From Bacteroidota bacterium (GTDB taxonomy: Bacteria; Bacteroidota; Bacteroidia; UKL13-3), in contig VEQB01000001.1 of the NCBI GenBank assembly GCA_018883485.1, positions 1 through 26,593 of the forward strand: 26,593 nt of DNA, given 5' to 3'. The notes below the pieces were generated by a model, which worked only from the letters and a program-made list of their open reading frames with translations, was not told the DNA's origin and did no database searches. Shown one piece after another: positions 25,264 to 26,593 of the stretch (its first letter is position 1; every line of letters starts with the position of its first letter). The translations under genes were made by a program, and so were the position numbers.

Positions 25264-25818
25264 TTAGCGGGTGGCGGGAATCCGCATTTTATAATCAACA
25301 CGCGCGGCACCCTTAGATATAGCTATCAATTTATTTTTTAGTAAACGCCTTTTTAGTTGCGAAATATGGTCAACAAAAAGTTTCCCTTTACAATGGTCGT
25401 ATTCATGTTGAATTACTCTTGCCGCAATGCCATCATAAGCTTCTTCTATGGTTTCGAAGGTTTCATTTTGATAGCGGATGCGTAATTTAGCATGTCTGCT
25501 TACATTTTCTCTGATGTGCGGAATGCTTAAACAACCTTCTTCATATTCCCATCTTTCGCCGTTTTCTTCTAAGATTTCTGCGTTAATAAATACCTTTTTC
25601 TCATTGGGATAATCTTCGTTTTCAAATGCCTCGGTATCTATAATAAACAAGTTAATGGCTTTCCCAACTTGGGGAGCAGCCAGACCTACACCATGCGCAT
25701 GATACATGGTTTCCCACATATTGGCTATGAGTTCTGCTAATTTTGGATAATCTGGTCCTATGTTCTCTCCTATTTTACGGAGCACAGGATCGCCAAAGGC
25801 AACAATTGGTAAAATCAT
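25264..25818 (-). CDS. def: Peptide deformylase
   Basis: GVGLAAPQVG, EGCLSIP and QHEYDH motifs. Confidence 0.97.
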   Translation of the reverse strand: MILPIVAFGDPVLRKIGENIGPDYPKLAELIANMWETMYHAHGVGLAAPQVGKAINLFIIDTEAFENEDYPNEKKVFINAEILEENGERWEYEEGCLSIPHIRENVSRHAKLRIRYQNETFETIEEAYDGIAARVIQHEYDHCKGKLFVDHISQLKRRLLKNKLIAISKGAARVDYKMRIPATR

Positions 25819-25820
25819 AT

Positions 25821-26237
25821 TTAATAACTATTGGCTTCCATATAGGACTGAAGAATCAATACAGCGCTAATTTGGTCGATGTTTCCCTTTTTTTGCCGGT
25901 CTTTTTTCTTCATTCCCATTTCTACCATCGCGTGCGAGGCCATTCTTGAGGTTAGGCGTTCGTCTACACGATGAATAGGTGTTTTTGGAAACGATTTAGC
26001 CAACAAAGATATAAATTTTTCTGTAGCTGGCGCAGATTCCGAATCTGTACCGTCCATTTGTAAGGGTTTTCCTACAACAAAAGCCTCTACTTCTTCTTTG
26101 CTGCAGTAATTTTTTAGCCAAACAATGGCTTCATGCGCTGCAACTGTAGCTAAACTAGAGGCAATTATTTTTAGTGGGTCGGTAACTGCCAACCCAATTC
26201 TTTTGGTACCAAAATCTATGGCTAAAATTCTTCCCAT
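25821..26237 (-). CDS. ruvX: RuvX/YqgF Holliday-junction-resolvase-like ribonuclease
   Basis: ILAIDFGTKRIGLAVTD, VVGKP, DERLTS and IDQISAVLILQSY. Confidence 0.95.
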   Translation of the reverse strand: MGRILAIDFGTKRIGLAVTDPLKIIASSLATVAAHEAIVWLKNYCSKEEVEAFVVGKPLQMDGTDSESAPATEKFISLLAKSFPKTPIHRVDERLTSRMASHAMVEMGMKKKDRQKKGNIDQISAVLILQSYMEANSY

Positions 26238-26593
26238 TATTCGGCTGCTAAGATAATTCTAAACGTGGTACCTTTACCTAGTTCTGAATGGCGCACATAA
26301 ATTTGCCCTTTATGGTATTGCTCAATAATGCGTTTTACCAAAGATAAACCTAATCCCCAGCCACGTTTTTTTGTGGTGTAGCCTGGTTTAAAAACGGTTT
26401 TAAATTTGTTCCTGGGTATTCCTTTTCCAGTATCACTTATATCAATATAAACGTGGGTTTTATCATGATTTAGTAGCACGGTAAGTTTGCCTTTTCCGTC
26501 CATGGCGTCTACCGCATTTTTGCAAACATTCTCTATTACCCACTCAAATAAGGGAATGTTAATTTTAGCCCAATTTCCTGGTTTACCTATTTC
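26237..26593 (-). CDS. Sensor histidine kinase, C-terminal HATPase_c domain (5'-truncated by the window edge)
   Basis: Frame stays open to the window end: ...LFEWVIENVCKNAVDAM (N box), ISDTGKGI (G1), VFKPGYTTK..GWGLGL (F/G2) and GKGTTF. Confidence 0.9.
   Translation of the reverse strand, partial: EIGKPGNWAKINIPLFEWVIENVCKNAVDAMDGKGKLTVLLNHDKTHVYIDISDTGKGIPRNKFKTVFKPGYTTKKRGWGLGLSLVKRIIEQYHKGQIYVRHSELGKGTTFRIILAAE

Noticed and set aside
8918-25949. Other alternative-frame ORFs inside real genes (8918, 15462, 16088, 17483, 18095, 18123, 20114, 20402, 21455, 23271, 24021, 25743)
   Set aside because: They overlap well-supported CDSs and show no motifs or independent expression signals.

Overview
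AT-rich, compact chromosomal window from a Bacteroidota bacterium (three type IX secretion C-terminal domains, Bacteroidota-type TAnnTTTG promoter elements). Bases 1-8041 hold the 3' part of a tightly packed beta-1,3-glucan operon: a probable GH149 phosphorylase (partial), a GH17 lipoprotein, a GH30 lipoprotein, an MFS transporter fused to GH17, and two more GH17 genes lacking signal peptides. It is followed by an NrtR-family NUDIX-wHTH regulator that shares a promoter region, containing a GT-N7-AC palindrome, with a secreted non-catalytic protein built from tandem CBM-like modules. The middle has a P-loop kinase plus dCMP deaminase pair, an LpxH/PlcP-like phosphoesterase plus glycosyltransferase pair, DUF1456, a beta-barrel gene whose signal peptide is out of frame at a T9 tract, an AT-rich TM2-domain gene next to tRNA-Phe(GAA), an M43 protease with a downstream lipoprotein, an unannotated 26-codon membrane-peptide ORF with its own operator, promoter and terminator, and a large SBBP/PKD secreted protein. 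The right end is housekeeping (fbaB, GNAT, acyl-CoA ligase, def, ruvX, partial histidine kinase). I saw no integrase, transposase, CRISPR array or rRNA. Family assignments come from motif recognition only; no searches were run.
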